A stretch of 64,000 nt of DNA from Octopus sinensis. Its lineage: Eukaryota. The notes below the pieces were generated by a model. That model did no database searches. It was not told the DNA's origin and saw nothing but the letters and a program-made list of their open reading frames with translations. Below are positions 52,779 through 64,000 of this stretch, piece by piece. The first letter of the stretch is position 1. The number at the start of each line of letters is the position of its first letter. A program made the translations under genes and the position numbers. Location of the stretch: assembly GCF_006345805.1 (NCBI RefSeq), contig NC_043015.1, positions 2,542,001-2,606,000 on the forward strand, read 5' to 3'.

Positions 52779-54309
52779 TGTATCTATTTGCATCTATAAG
52801 CAAACGCACACACACATGCGCTGTCGTACACACGCACACACACATACGCATATATTTTAATGCGTTGCATTTTATAAGGTATTGATGCGAATATTTATGG
52901 ATTCTACACTTCGCTTATCAAAACCTTTCCAGTCATTTATATGCCATTAACATTTTACTACTACGCGTTGTTTGTTTCGTTTAAGTCATTAGCTTGTCTG
53001 ATTTGTTGTGAATTTATTTGAGTTGCCTTGATTGTGGAACGAGCGCATAGAACGTAGCAAAGTATATTACGTTTGCTTTTGTTAGATCAAGAATGGAACA
53101 TTGCAAGTATATATATATATATATATCTATGTGAAACCTAACGTCATTCATCATCCGAAAGTAATGTCCTTTCCCCCTTCTTGAGCTTCTGAATGTTTTA
53201 ATGGAGTGTGCATGTGTACACAAAGCATCATTCTGTGGAAGTTGATATTTTGAAAATAAATGTATAGTTTATTCGAAAACTAATTTGGATTTGAAATTAA
53301 ACTCTTTCAAATATTCAATATCTTCGACAACGTACATGTCTATATGACATTTATGATATTGACTGTTTGACGTATTAAAATATAAATTATCTTGTGGGTT
53401 AAGCTATTTAGCTCATCTATGATATTAATTATGTGGCGCTCAGCAAAAGTACCGTTATAGTTTCTAAGTACATCGTAATTTCACAGATGTTGTAACTACA
53501 TTTGGATGTCACATATTTATACTGTTCGTTGAAGCGATCCCATTCTATAAGTGCCTACATTTTTTTTGTTTACTATTGGACCAAATTAACTAAAACTTGG
53601 AAAAAATGTATTATAAATACTGCTGAAATTCGGAATACCAATATTGATGTCAACTTCTCTTCTGATAGCAATTTATTGCTTACTAAGATAGTTTGCTCAA
53701 ATACATCGAGGCTGTACGCTTGTGTTCTTCTACTTTGGACAATAGCTTGTGCTAGATTCGATTTGTTCCCATTATCCCCACCTTAATTTCTTGTTTCCAC
53801 TATATTCTAGGAGGCCTATTATTGTTGTATGATTTGCTTTTCTTCTTATAAGCATATTATAGGAGATTTGGTAAATTTAGCAATCTCTTACTTATAGACA
53901 TTTGGAGAAATGAAATCCTCTTATAATATAATTACGTTCTCTCTAAGCTGAAACTAGATTACCTAAATATTCTTAGTGTTGTTTTTCTAAATAAATTCAG
54001 TTTTTTTCTGTTGTTGTGCTATGTTCACTCTTAATGACGTAGATGCTTACTGATATACTTTTCTACTTTCGAATTGTATATCAATAAAACAGTTTTATTG
54101 ACTTTTCTCGAAAATAAATAGACACACTTTATATTATACACGTGTGTATCATATGAAATTTCTGAAACGGATGTTAATATTCTTTTCCTTTGCGGAAATT
54201 AAGGATTATCCACGCAAAACGCCCCTCTAACCAAGGCAATATAAAGCAATGATTCTTTTTTTTTCCTGAATTTCTTACTAATATTAGATGGAATAAATGT
54301 GGTGAGCCC

Positions 54310-54535
54310 ACAGAATCATTAAAACGCCCAGCAAAATGCTTAGCGGCATTTGGTCAGATTTTACAGTCGTTAGTACGCCGCGCAAAATGTTTAGTTACAG
54401 TCCAACTGTCTTTACGTTAGGAGTTCAGATTCAGCCGATGTCGACTTTGCCTCTCATCATTTCAGAGTCGTTAAAATACCTACCAGCTAAATACTGGTGT
54501 AGGTTTACTCGACCTATCACTTTCCCATAAACGTG
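54310..54535 (+). mobile_element. SINE family C-related copy
   Basis: aaaatgcttagcggcattt...ggagttcagattcagccgatgtcgactttgcctctcatc. Confidence 0.7.
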
Positions 54536-54584
54536 ACTGCTTTCAAGTAAAAAAAAACAATCGTAAATACAAGAGCAAGAATAA

Positions 54585-54705
54585 ACAACAGCAACAACAA
54601 CAACGATATCAGCAATAGCAAGAACAGCAGCCACAATAACACCCACCACCACCACCACCACAACAACAACAACAACAGCAACAACAACAACAACAACAAT
54701 AATAA
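54585..54705. repeat. (CAA)n / (CAC)n trinucleotide tract
   Basis: Read directly. Confidence 0.9.
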
Positions 54706-54924
54706 TATCCCATTCCTGAATGTTAATGTATGTGCTTTGATTCTACAATTAAAATTGAAAGTATTATGAAGCATAACGTTTTATGTGCATCCATAAAATG
54801 TGCATACACTTTTCGTCCAGAATATGTACAGATCGCAAATCTTTATTGTATCTTGTGTTATATAATTATTGTGTTACCTATTCGTTAGGTTTTAATTATT
54901 TCTAATAATGAACGTATGATATTC

Positions 54925-55264
54925 ATAATGTTCTACCCAATAATAATTCCATTGCTCTGCATAACCATTTTAACATCTGAAATTTATCCACCTTCTCTAC
55001 TACACATTGATAGTTCGCGCTACTTGATGGAAAATTGTGTCCGATTGTTTTCGAGTATTTACGACTAGAATATATTTATATTTAACCACCAATGTAACAT
55101 GTCTCCAGGGTAATTATGTTTGTTAAAAATAGCAGGAAATCTATCTCGAAGGGAACACTTCCATCCTCAAGAGAATACGATGAACTGAAGTCACATTTGT
55201 CATAACTGAGTATCCGTGGGGTAAGCTACTATCAATCGGCACGAACTTTCCGGACAAACCAATA
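54925..55264 (-). mobile_element. Possible internally deleted mariner remnant
   Basis: cggcacgaactttccggacaaaccaata (55237-55264) resembles a mariner terminal inverted repeat. 54925-55050 on the minus strand loosely resembles a transposase 3' end. Confidence 0.35.
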
Positions 55265-55335
55265 TTTGTTTAATATTCATTTGCTGTAAAATAATTGAGA
55301 CATACGTTATTGTGTGAGTACACACACACACACAT

Positions 55336-55386
<51 letters not shown>

Positions 55387-55404
55387 TCTCTGTACTTATG
55401 TATC

Positions 55405-55440
<36 letters not shown>

Positions 55441-57425
55441 TGTTTGTATGTTTGTGCCGAGTAAGAGAGAGAGAAAGAGTCGTTGTACGAAGGAATGTGG
55501 GAGAAGACTGTGAAAGAAATAGAGAAATCGAAGGATTCCAGGTTAATTTTTTGTTCATAGAAGCGAACTTTTATTACACACTATTCAGGATTGCTAACGT
55601 GACTAAGTTTAGTAAAACACGTAACAAAACAAGTATGTGTATTGAGAACTAACTAAAGATGGTTTAGTCCACCTCTTGCCAACACAGTCTACGACATAGC
55701 TTTTGCATCTTAATCATATCAAACGATATTCTGCTAAAGATTTCCGAGGAAACATTGGACAATGTCACGAGTATAGCTCTCGGTTATATGAAGAACGTTT
55801 TCGAGCAGACGTCTGCTTCGCGAGGAAATTCTTAGAGTTAAACTATAAATAATAATATAATTTGATATACTAAATATTTCTGCAGCTTTGAAAATTCATA
55901 ACTAGTCGCCTACTGAACAAAAGGAAATGTAATTTGTTATTTTTTTTATTTCTGACAAAGATACATTATCCAATAAAGATAGTACATTGTCATTCTATAT
56001 GAAGCTGATGCAAGTGTCACATGAAAATTGCTTCCTTCAACATATTGATTTGCAGATATTTGAAACGAGAGGATAGAAATAAGAGAGTGTTAAAGAAATC
56101 AAAACACAACACAGCGGTTATAATAGTAACGGTTTCAGATTTGTATTGCTGTTTCAGAATATTTCGGTAACAGGTAACCCTTTTACATCGCAATATTTAT
56201 TTTATCGAATCATACGTATGGAATGGCAAATCACAATTGGTCCAATTTTAAGTCAGATTGTAGTAAGCCGAAATGACAAAAAATGCTATCATTGGTAATT
56301 ATTCAAAATGCAAAACTATCAATATGCATTTTGCTAAAACTTTTGCGGCAGACAGGGGTATTACTAGTTGTAAACAACATCCAGTCCATGCATGAAAGCT
56401 TTAAACCGTTCTCTTTTGCATAATTAGAAAAATGCGTATGTTGAAATAACGGTCATATTGTTCCTTGTCCCCCCGAACTATGTGCTAATATCTTCTCACA
56501 TGTAATGTCCTAAATAACTATCAGATGAATGTCATATTTATGTGAATGGGTATCATACAATTATTCAAAAACCTACAATGGTTATTATTCAGAGATTATT
56601 TAATATCCTTAGATGTCTTTTGTGGATTCATCTCTCGTAACAAAGCAGCTTATATAGAGAAGCACAAAAAGGTAGAAAACAGTCAGATACGCTTTATATT
56701 CCATTTTCAATGCAAATAAACCTACGCGCTTTGACTCTACGTAGAACTATATAGACTATTTTTTACGACTTGGCAAATTTATATTATTCTCGAGCAAACG
56801 AAGGATTATTTGTATTGTAATTGTAACCGGTTCCCTTAGATAAATGTACGACTCCACACCCTTGTTCATATCTAGAAATATTATACGGATATTTCTATCG
56901 ACACACGCAAGAAATAGCAACTATATGCGTCATGTTGGAGAGATGTTAAGTGTGGCGGAGTCCCCACGGGCTTATATATGTGTGCATGCATGTGAGGTCG
57001 TGTATGTGCGAGTGTGTGTATGCTAGGCAGTATGACAGTCAAAATACCAGTGTCCGCATTTATTACATACCATGACACGGATTACACATGGAAACCAAGT
57101 TCAGACTGTATACAGCTAAATGAATTCTATCAGATTGATGTCGCTGTTACATATACCTATACATCTGTCTACACAAACAAACACACACACACACACACAT
57201 ACACACATATATTTGTATATATACACATTGACACATATACGAATGTATGTATATGTTTTCATGTGTGTGTGTTTCGGTGCGAATGTTTTTTATATACAGT
57301 GCTGAGCTTGCAGTACTGTAAATAATAAAAAGGATATGTTTATATAACCTTTAGGTTTCTCGCGATCACTGACCAAGCCTAAGTAAAATAGCCGAATAAA
57401 GAGGTGTATATACATTTTAAGCGTC

Positions 57426-58020
57426 TATAAAAATACAATTATTATAATTCTTAAGATCATAAACTCGGCGCTATATAAAAAAAAACAGTCACACCGAAAG
57501 CATATACAGTGTTTGTTTGCATAAGAAACAAACACTATAAAAAATATTACAGTTCTTAAATTTTACAGAAGTGGAGAAGCTGATTCACTCGTGTAAATGT
57601 AACACACTTAGTCGCGTTAACTAAGGGTTTGTAGGTTCGACCCCTACGCGGATAGGAAAGCCTTTTTATTTTTCTGTCGAAGACTTATATTCCCCTTTAT
57701 TAGATTATTTTACTTAGCGATCGTCATAACTTAAGCTGATATAAAATACCATTATTATTGTTTATAGGATCGTAAACTCGATGCCGTAAAAAAATCATTC
57801 GCACCGAAAGCATATACAATATTTGTTTACATAAATACAAAAACAAACTATATACTTCGGAAATTTTACACACTTAGTCGCGTTAACAAGTGATAGTAGG
57901 TTCGACTCCCACGCGGATAGGAAATAATTATTTTGTTAGTCCACGGTTTGTATGCTCCTGCACGATATTATTTGGCTTAGTAATTTCACAGTGATCGCCA
58001 TAAGCTTATATAACAATAAA
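57426..58020 (+). repeat. Diverged tandem duplication (about 313-bp unit, 2 copies), each with a tRNA-like B-box
   Basis: gatc(a/g)taaactcg, caccgaaagcatataca and acacacttagtcgcgttaac...gtaggttcgac.cc.acgcggataggaaa each occur twice. Confidence 0.75.
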
Positions 58021-58030
58021 ATTATTTACG

Positions 58031-58066
<36 letters not shown>

Positions 58067-58187
58067 GTACTTTATGGTGTTTGTTTTGTTTTCGTTTTGT
58101 ATCTTTCTTTGTTTGAAATAATACTACATGTCGCATGTACTCGTACATCGTGTGACGTTCTGTATATATATTTATCATGCCCACATA

Positions 58188-58258
<71 letters not shown>

Positions 58259-58269
58259 GTCGCTCGACA

Positions 58270-58760
58270 TGATAAAGTAACACCCAAAGTATCCCCCTAC
58301 CTAAATCAAATGCCCATCGTAGGTAATGTCCTAGATTTTCCCTAAAAAGACGGTTTGCTGAAGGCTGGAATGTCTTTGAAGATACGTTTGTAGTAGCAGG
58401 GTTTATTTGAGGCTAAATGACAACAACATAGTGGTCAAATTCTATATCAACTGAAGCATGTTTTTCACTAAGAAAAAAAAAAAGATTTTTTGCATGGAAT
58501 CAAATACCCGGATCTTTCTAATATTCTGAAAACCCCTTATTTTGGTTAGAAAACAATGAGGTGGGGATTCCTCACATCCAATCCCGGAATCATTGGAATT
58601 TTTTCCGTTAAGTGAATTCCTGTGACTTCCTCATATTGCAAAATTAGGTAACTTAAGGTAAGTTTGGTAACTGAAGGTTTTAGGGTCTTTTTGATTGTAA
58701 CATTTGGCGAGCCATGATGCAACCAACAACATGGTAAAAATTCCTGCCATTAATTTGGTG
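58270..58760 (-). pseudogene. Possible second R4/Dong-like relic
   Basis: Minus-strand fragments HVVGCIMAR and SLQQTVFLGK/SRTLPTMGI* loosely match HIVAGC..LA and LQKSVLLGTARIL. Heavily decayed. Confidence 0.3.
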
Positions 58761-59399
58761 TGGATTGATAATATCAAATAATTCAATCACAACATATATT
58801 TTAATTAAACATGAAAGGAATTGAAATATTATCATCACTTATATGGAAAAATTGAAATATTATCTTTGAGTAATTTATAAGTTAAAATCTTAAAATTTTA
58901 ATTGACACATTATTAATTATCTTATGACAGCAATGCCTGGGAAATCATAGATTTCATGCAAAAATGCGATTATGAAAAGTAATATTCTTGATATTGTAAA
59001 CCTGGAAAAGTACAGGACAAATTATTACACCTGTATTGGATAAATTATTACTTCATGTAAAGTAACGAATAAGAAATATTTTACTTAAAATATTGCAGCT
59101 AAAATTATAATTTGAATATTAAAAATTATTTTATTAAAGTTTACAAATAACTCTATACTTATTTAAGTACAATTTGGCTAATTTACTCTCTTCATTTCAC
59201 ATTTTCACAAAAGAAAGACATTAGATATATATATCTATAGATATGAGTTAAATATGTAATCTTAACATGTTGCTTCTTTTCAATAATAACATATTAAATA
59301 CACTTGTTCCTACTGAACCTTATATATTTGCTGCTACTATATACATATCTATGCATATTTGTTGAGTACACATGAGATCGTCCACGCTTTGACGGGCGT

Positions 59400-59650
59400 A
59401 ATGTTTCATCTCGTCGGGTGTCCAACAATCACCCAGGTCGCCATTCATGACATAAGGTCTGCAAATCCAACGAAGTACACAAGAGACATTATAAGATCAA
59501 CAAAGATCAAAACTTAACTGCAGTTCCTGATGGCCCGAATCGGATATGCAATCTATGTGGCTGTCTTTGAAATACATTGGCAGGTTTAAAAAAAAAACGC
59601 ATTACGCACCATGAGAATGGTAAGGTGTAGGTACATAGGGGATCAGACTG
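59400..59650 (+). pseudogene. RTE-clade LINE 3' end relic
   Basis: tgcaatctatgtggctgtctttga...ttggcaggtttaaaaaaaaaacgcattacgcaccat gives CNLCG...LAGLK..H, like the terminal C2H2 motif of RTE/BovB ORFs. Confidence 0.45.
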
Positions 59651-59687
59651 CATAATGAGTAGACAAACAACATGCATGCATATATAT

Positions 59688-59749
<62 letters not shown>

Positions 59750-59841
59750 TATATATATATAAAATATATATATATTTATACATATATACACACACACACG
59801 GACACATATAATCTGTACATATATGTATATACATGTATATA

Positions 59842-59892
<51 letters not shown>

Positions 59893-59904
<12 letters not shown>

Positions 59905-60063
59905 TTAGAGACGAAACCACTATTTTGCAAAACAAACAAGGAAAGACTTAATCAATACATAAAATGTTAATAAAAAGTCAAAATTATTAAAATTTTAGGT
60001 ATTGATTAAGTCTTCCTTGTTTGTTTTGCAAAATAGTGGTTTTGTCTCTAAAAATATTATATA
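59893..60063. mobile_element. 171-bp hairpin insert in (TA)n
   Basis: About 80-bp inverted arms (ttagagacgaaaccactattttgcaaaacaaacaagg vs ccttgtttgttttgcaaaatagtggttttgtctctaa); loop aaagtcaaaa. Confidence 0.8.
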
Positions 60064-60141
60064 ATATTTTACTATACAATTGGATTTAATCCTAAATCTG
60101 ATTTTTTCCGTGTAAATTTGGATTTATTCCCTAATATTTAT

Positions 60142-60290
<149 letters not shown>

Positions 60291-60309
60291 TATATATATA
60301 CATATATAT

Positions 60310-60453
60310 AAACTTAGATAAACTTAGATATGATTCGACCATGTCTAACTTAATAGCACCACCTGATAGGATTATTCGAATCCTGCTTAAGTCAATTCTA
60401 GTTTAAGTCAAGTTTTGTTCAAGTAGTGAGTTCTTGTTGGGTGAGTTGTATCC

Positions 60454-60459
<6 letters not shown>
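60310..60459 (-). mobile_element. 150-bp tail-only copy of the 52190-52690 LINE inside (TA)n
   Basis: Reverse complement ataattggatacaactcacccaacaagaactcactacttga...aggattcgaataatcctatcagg...(atctaagttt)x2 matches 52539-52690. Confidence 0.9.
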
Positions 60460-60493
<34 letters not shown>

Positions 60494-60559
60494 TAAATAT
60501 ACAATGTGCGGAAGATATTTGAGGACTGTTTTATGTCCATAAAAAAAGAGACATATAAT

Positions 60560-61230
60560 AACAGACATAACATAAATTTTCTTATCAAAAATGTATTATG
60601 AGTATAAAATGAAACCGGCATTTCTGTTATGGTTTTGGATTAAGCCAACTTCAGCTTCCGCATCTGCTTCTATATGAGATCTAATTCATCTACATATTTA
60701 AATGAAGAGATCCTGGTTCATTTTCGACACTACTCTGACTATTGCAGCTTTCAGAGAATCTTTGGCGTTATGGGCGTGTTCATTGACCTCTCTCTCAACA
60801 CTCCACATGTTATAGTCCAATGGAATGACATCTGGGGATTTGGAGGCCAAATGTTGGGGGTTATGTGATCATAAAAACTTTTAGCCAGCCATTCCTATGA
60901 TATACATATTATACCTTATTCAGAAACTTACTGAAACACATATGACCTTCCATTACATACACTATCTATCCAAAGCTTCACAATTGTTTCCAGGACCTCA
61001 ATGTAGTCGGCAGTGTTAACTGTAACACCATGTTGAAATATTATTTTTCTAAATAATTTTTTCTCTCAATCAGGCGCTGATCTCCCCTGTTCGAAAATAT
61101 AACGAAACACATTTTTTTGTCTTATAGCCTGGTGGAAATGGTGTTTCCTGGTGCTAAATAACTGCCCTGGTATTGCTACACTGTGTTGGCAAAACGTCAT
61201 TACTTTATGGTGCTGATACTGTGCATCTCT
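60560..61230 (-). pseudogene. Decayed maT-like Tc1/mariner transposase 3' half
   Basis: Minus-strand translation HGVTVNTADYIEVLETIVKLWI, DHITPNIWPPN..PLDYNMWS.VEREVNEHAHNAKDSLKAAIVRV. Same superfamily as 20870-22013. Confidence 0.85.
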
Positions 61231-61427
61231 CTTTGAGGGCTTTAGAAATATTAATATTTCTAGTTTTTAGATCGGAATATGATGTGTGGTAAGTAGCTTG
61301 TTTAACAACCACATGGTTCCGGGTTCAGTCTCACTGCGTGGCACATTGGGCAAGTGTCATCTACTTGTAAGTAGATTTGGTAGACGGAAACTGAAAGAAG
61401 CCTGTCGTATACATGTATATATATATC

Positions 61428-61513
<86 letters not shown>

Positions 61514-61640
61514 TAATTAAGGGCTAAAGAGGGTTATTCTAAAGCCAATACACTGATTTATCCACTTATAATCCGCTTGCTGCAGGAGAATTGAAACTGA
61601 AAACGGGCAACTAACCTTTAGAAAATTTTAATTTCGTTAT

Positions 61641-61701
61641 CTCTATATTGAATCAATTTCGGAATTAATCTTATAAAAGATATATTCTTTCTTCAGTAGA
61701 G
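61641..61701 (-). ncRNA. Type I hammerhead ribozyme motif (left arm)
   Basis: Exact reverse complement of 61893-61953. Confidence 0.75.
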
Positions 61702-61892
61702 CTTTCGATGGGATATAAATAAAATACTCACGTATGATCATGGAAAAAGCACAAGCTAAAACATAACTACACTTGAGTACATCACTTATATCTAAAATAA
61801 GATATAAGTGATGTACTCAAGTGTAGTTATGTTTTTAGCTTGTGCTTTTTCCATGATCATGCGTGAGTATTTTATTTATATCCCATCGAAAG

Positions 61893-61953
61893 CTCTACTG
61901 AAGAAAGAATATATCTTTTATAAGATTAATTCCGAAATTGATTCAATATAGAG
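61893..61953 (+). ncRNA. Type I hammerhead ribozyme motif (right arm)
   Basis: CUCUA CUGAAGA aa GAAU au AUCUU uuau AAGAU ua AUUC c GAAA UUG auu CAA UA UAGAG. Helix I 5 bp, helix III 4 bp, predicted cut after A61948. Confidence 0.75.
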
Positions 61954-62193
61954 ATAACGAAATTTAAATTTTCTAAAGGTTAGTTGCCCGTTTTCAGATA
62001 ATTATCTCCTGTAGAAAGCGGATTATAAGTGGATAAATCAGTGTATTGGCTTTAGAATAACCCTCTTTAGCCCTTAATTATATGATGTTTAAACTTCAAC
62101 CGTAACGGGTTTTTTTAATATACTGCCCACGCTTCCTGATGGATTCCTTTTCTGTAGAGAAAGGGACTTCATCCTATATTGTTAGTAGTATAT

Positions 62194-62256
<63 letters not shown>

Positions 62257-62789
62257 TATATATACATATATATATGTGTGTGTGTGTTTGTGTGTCTGTG
62301 TTTGTCCTCCTAGCATTCCTTGACAACCGATGCTGGTGTGTTTATGTCCCCGTTACTTCGCGGTACGGCAAAAGAGACCGATAGAATAAGTACTGGGCTT
62401 ACAAAAGAATAAGTCCCGGGGTCGAGTTGCTCGATTACAGGCGGTACTCCAGCATGGCCGCAGTCAAATGACTGAAACAAGTAAAAGAAAGTAAAATAAT
62501 ATATACATATCAGCGATTAGTTTCAACCAAGACGAATCTTTTGAAAACTGCTGTCGTATTAGGCTGCATTTATTACATTAACAATGCATAACAGTACGTC
62601 TTATTTCTTGAATAGTATATGCATATTCGCTGTAAAATTGTTGTCAAATTTATTCTCATCGGTACACATGTTTTTTGTGTCATTGAAATGAATGATTATG
62701 ATTTTTTGTCATTATACCATAAATTTCACCTTCTGGTACCTTCGCCTTACTTTGAAAAAAGGCATCACCCTACCCTACATAGTGGTGAG

Positions 62790-63400
62790 AGGTCACTGAA
62801 TTAGATGAAGAAGTTTAAGTATATCGGGGCAGAATTCACGATTTATAACATAAACAAGAGATTGATATGTATACTAGAATAATTAGTGTTTCACAGTACT
62901 GTACCAGTTCCAACTCCTGTTGGAGAGAATGGAGACGTGTTATAAAAGCCAGTTCAGATGTCGTGCTTTTTCTCCTCTATTGTAATAAATGCCGGATAAT
63001 TATCAAAAGTAATTATACAAGCGGCCGATATGGGTTTCCTAGGAATAATTTCGGGAGCAGCACTACTCGAAAATGCGGCTTTTTCTATGTCGAACTGGTA
63101 TGTCGCCCCATTGATAGGTCACCACTACAATTATACAGATATATGTTTGGAATGTCAAAGAAATAAATATCGCAAGGCGGGTTCTTCGAACCGAGGCAAA
63201 ACGCAGGAGACCTAAAGATAGATGTACAACACGGTGGTTGATAATTTTCACAATCGCAGTTGGTCACGCTACAAAAATAAAGAAAAGAAATTAGTGTCGA
63301 TGGCTACAGATATTACCTTCAAAGGTGGGACCGGGGGACCTTCGCCTCATGAAGCTCCCAGGAATAATGGACAGAGAAAAACAACAAAAAGATGGGTCAT
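62790..63400 (+). pseudogene. RTE/BovB-like LINE ORF2 C-terminal relic
   Basis: Fragments KKFKYIG (about 62806), QAADMGFLGIISG..LL (about 63016-63070) and VDNFHNRSWSR..KEKKLVSMATD (ORF 63222-63473) match the RTE pattern FKYLG / QAAEMGFLRRISG / W.DNI..LSWSRLG. Confidence 0.75.
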
Positions 63401-64000
63401 AGTTGGAGGAAAGTGTGAAGAAAACTGCTGCATAGATACAGCCATCCATGTATCTCAACATCATTGCATCTAAACATCCATCTATAAATGCACACATGCA
63501 TACCTACATATATATATGTGCGTGTGTGTGTTTGTTTATACACGTGTGTTTATCTAACAGTATATGCCTGTGCTGGTCATATTTGCATTTCCATTTCATA
63601 ATAATACTCATGGATATATGAGTCGTGATGATACATAATACAATAACCAAATTATTGTGACCACGGAATTTTCTTTGGCATTGCATTTTAATAGTATTCA
63701 TAAGTGGTCTCTTTCCAGTCACGTATTCTTCCCTGTATATTTTTCGCCCAATGAAAATAAATACAATGGCATTTTACGCATAAATGATGGAAGATTTGGG
63801 TTGATGTGTTCCTTGTATGTGATATCTTTTGAAGGTAATCTTCTTTTATGAATATGACATTGATCTCTTTCTACTAGCGTACGACATTATAGCTAAAAAC
63901 GGATCAACGTATTTTGACAAGGATGTACCAAAATAGCTTACACGATTCGTAGTTTTGATACTAGTTGCTTCCGATATTAGGGAATTTAGGTTTCAAATGT

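Larger units (their letters stand above)
61506..62088. mobile_element. 583-bp palindrome (inverted duplication) carrying two hammerhead motifs; Penelope-like
   Basis: Arms 61506-61793 and 61800-62088, loop aaaata, 11 differences by manual count. Confidence 0.85.
61283..62496 (+). mobile_element. SINE family B split by insertions into its internal (TA)n core
   Basis: Head 61283-61410 and body/tail 62275-62496 match 28035-28446; about 660 bp of foreign sequence lies in the TA core. Confidence 0.9.

Overview
AT-rich, microsatellite-dense eukaryotic non-genic DNA. The repeat families look like octopus (cephalopod) repeats; this is from recall, not a database search. I found no host protein-coding exon, rRNA, true tRNA gene or CRISPR array. 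Nearly all ORFs in the track are microsatellite translations or pieces of decayed transposons. The window holds three abundant tRNA-derived SINE families (several copies with clean target-site duplications), four Tc1/mariner transposase relics, a Gypsy gag-pol relic, RTE, CR1/L2-group and R4/Dong-like LINE fragments, and several MITE or foldback elements. The most interesting signal is a set of short elements embedded in (TA)n arrays that carry hammerhead-ribozyme (HHR) motifs and resemble the ends of Penelope-like retroelements. (1) A 984-bp element with near-identical 202-bp direct repeats (19853-20836); each repeat contains a full HHR core whose three strands are in a non-standard, pseudoknot-requiring order. 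(2) A 583-bp palindrome (61506-62088) with two identical outward-facing type I HHRs, nested inside a SINE. (3) Minimal HHR variants at about 12.65 kb, 23.35 kb and 29.1 kb. Ribozyme activity is inferred from sequence and pairing only.
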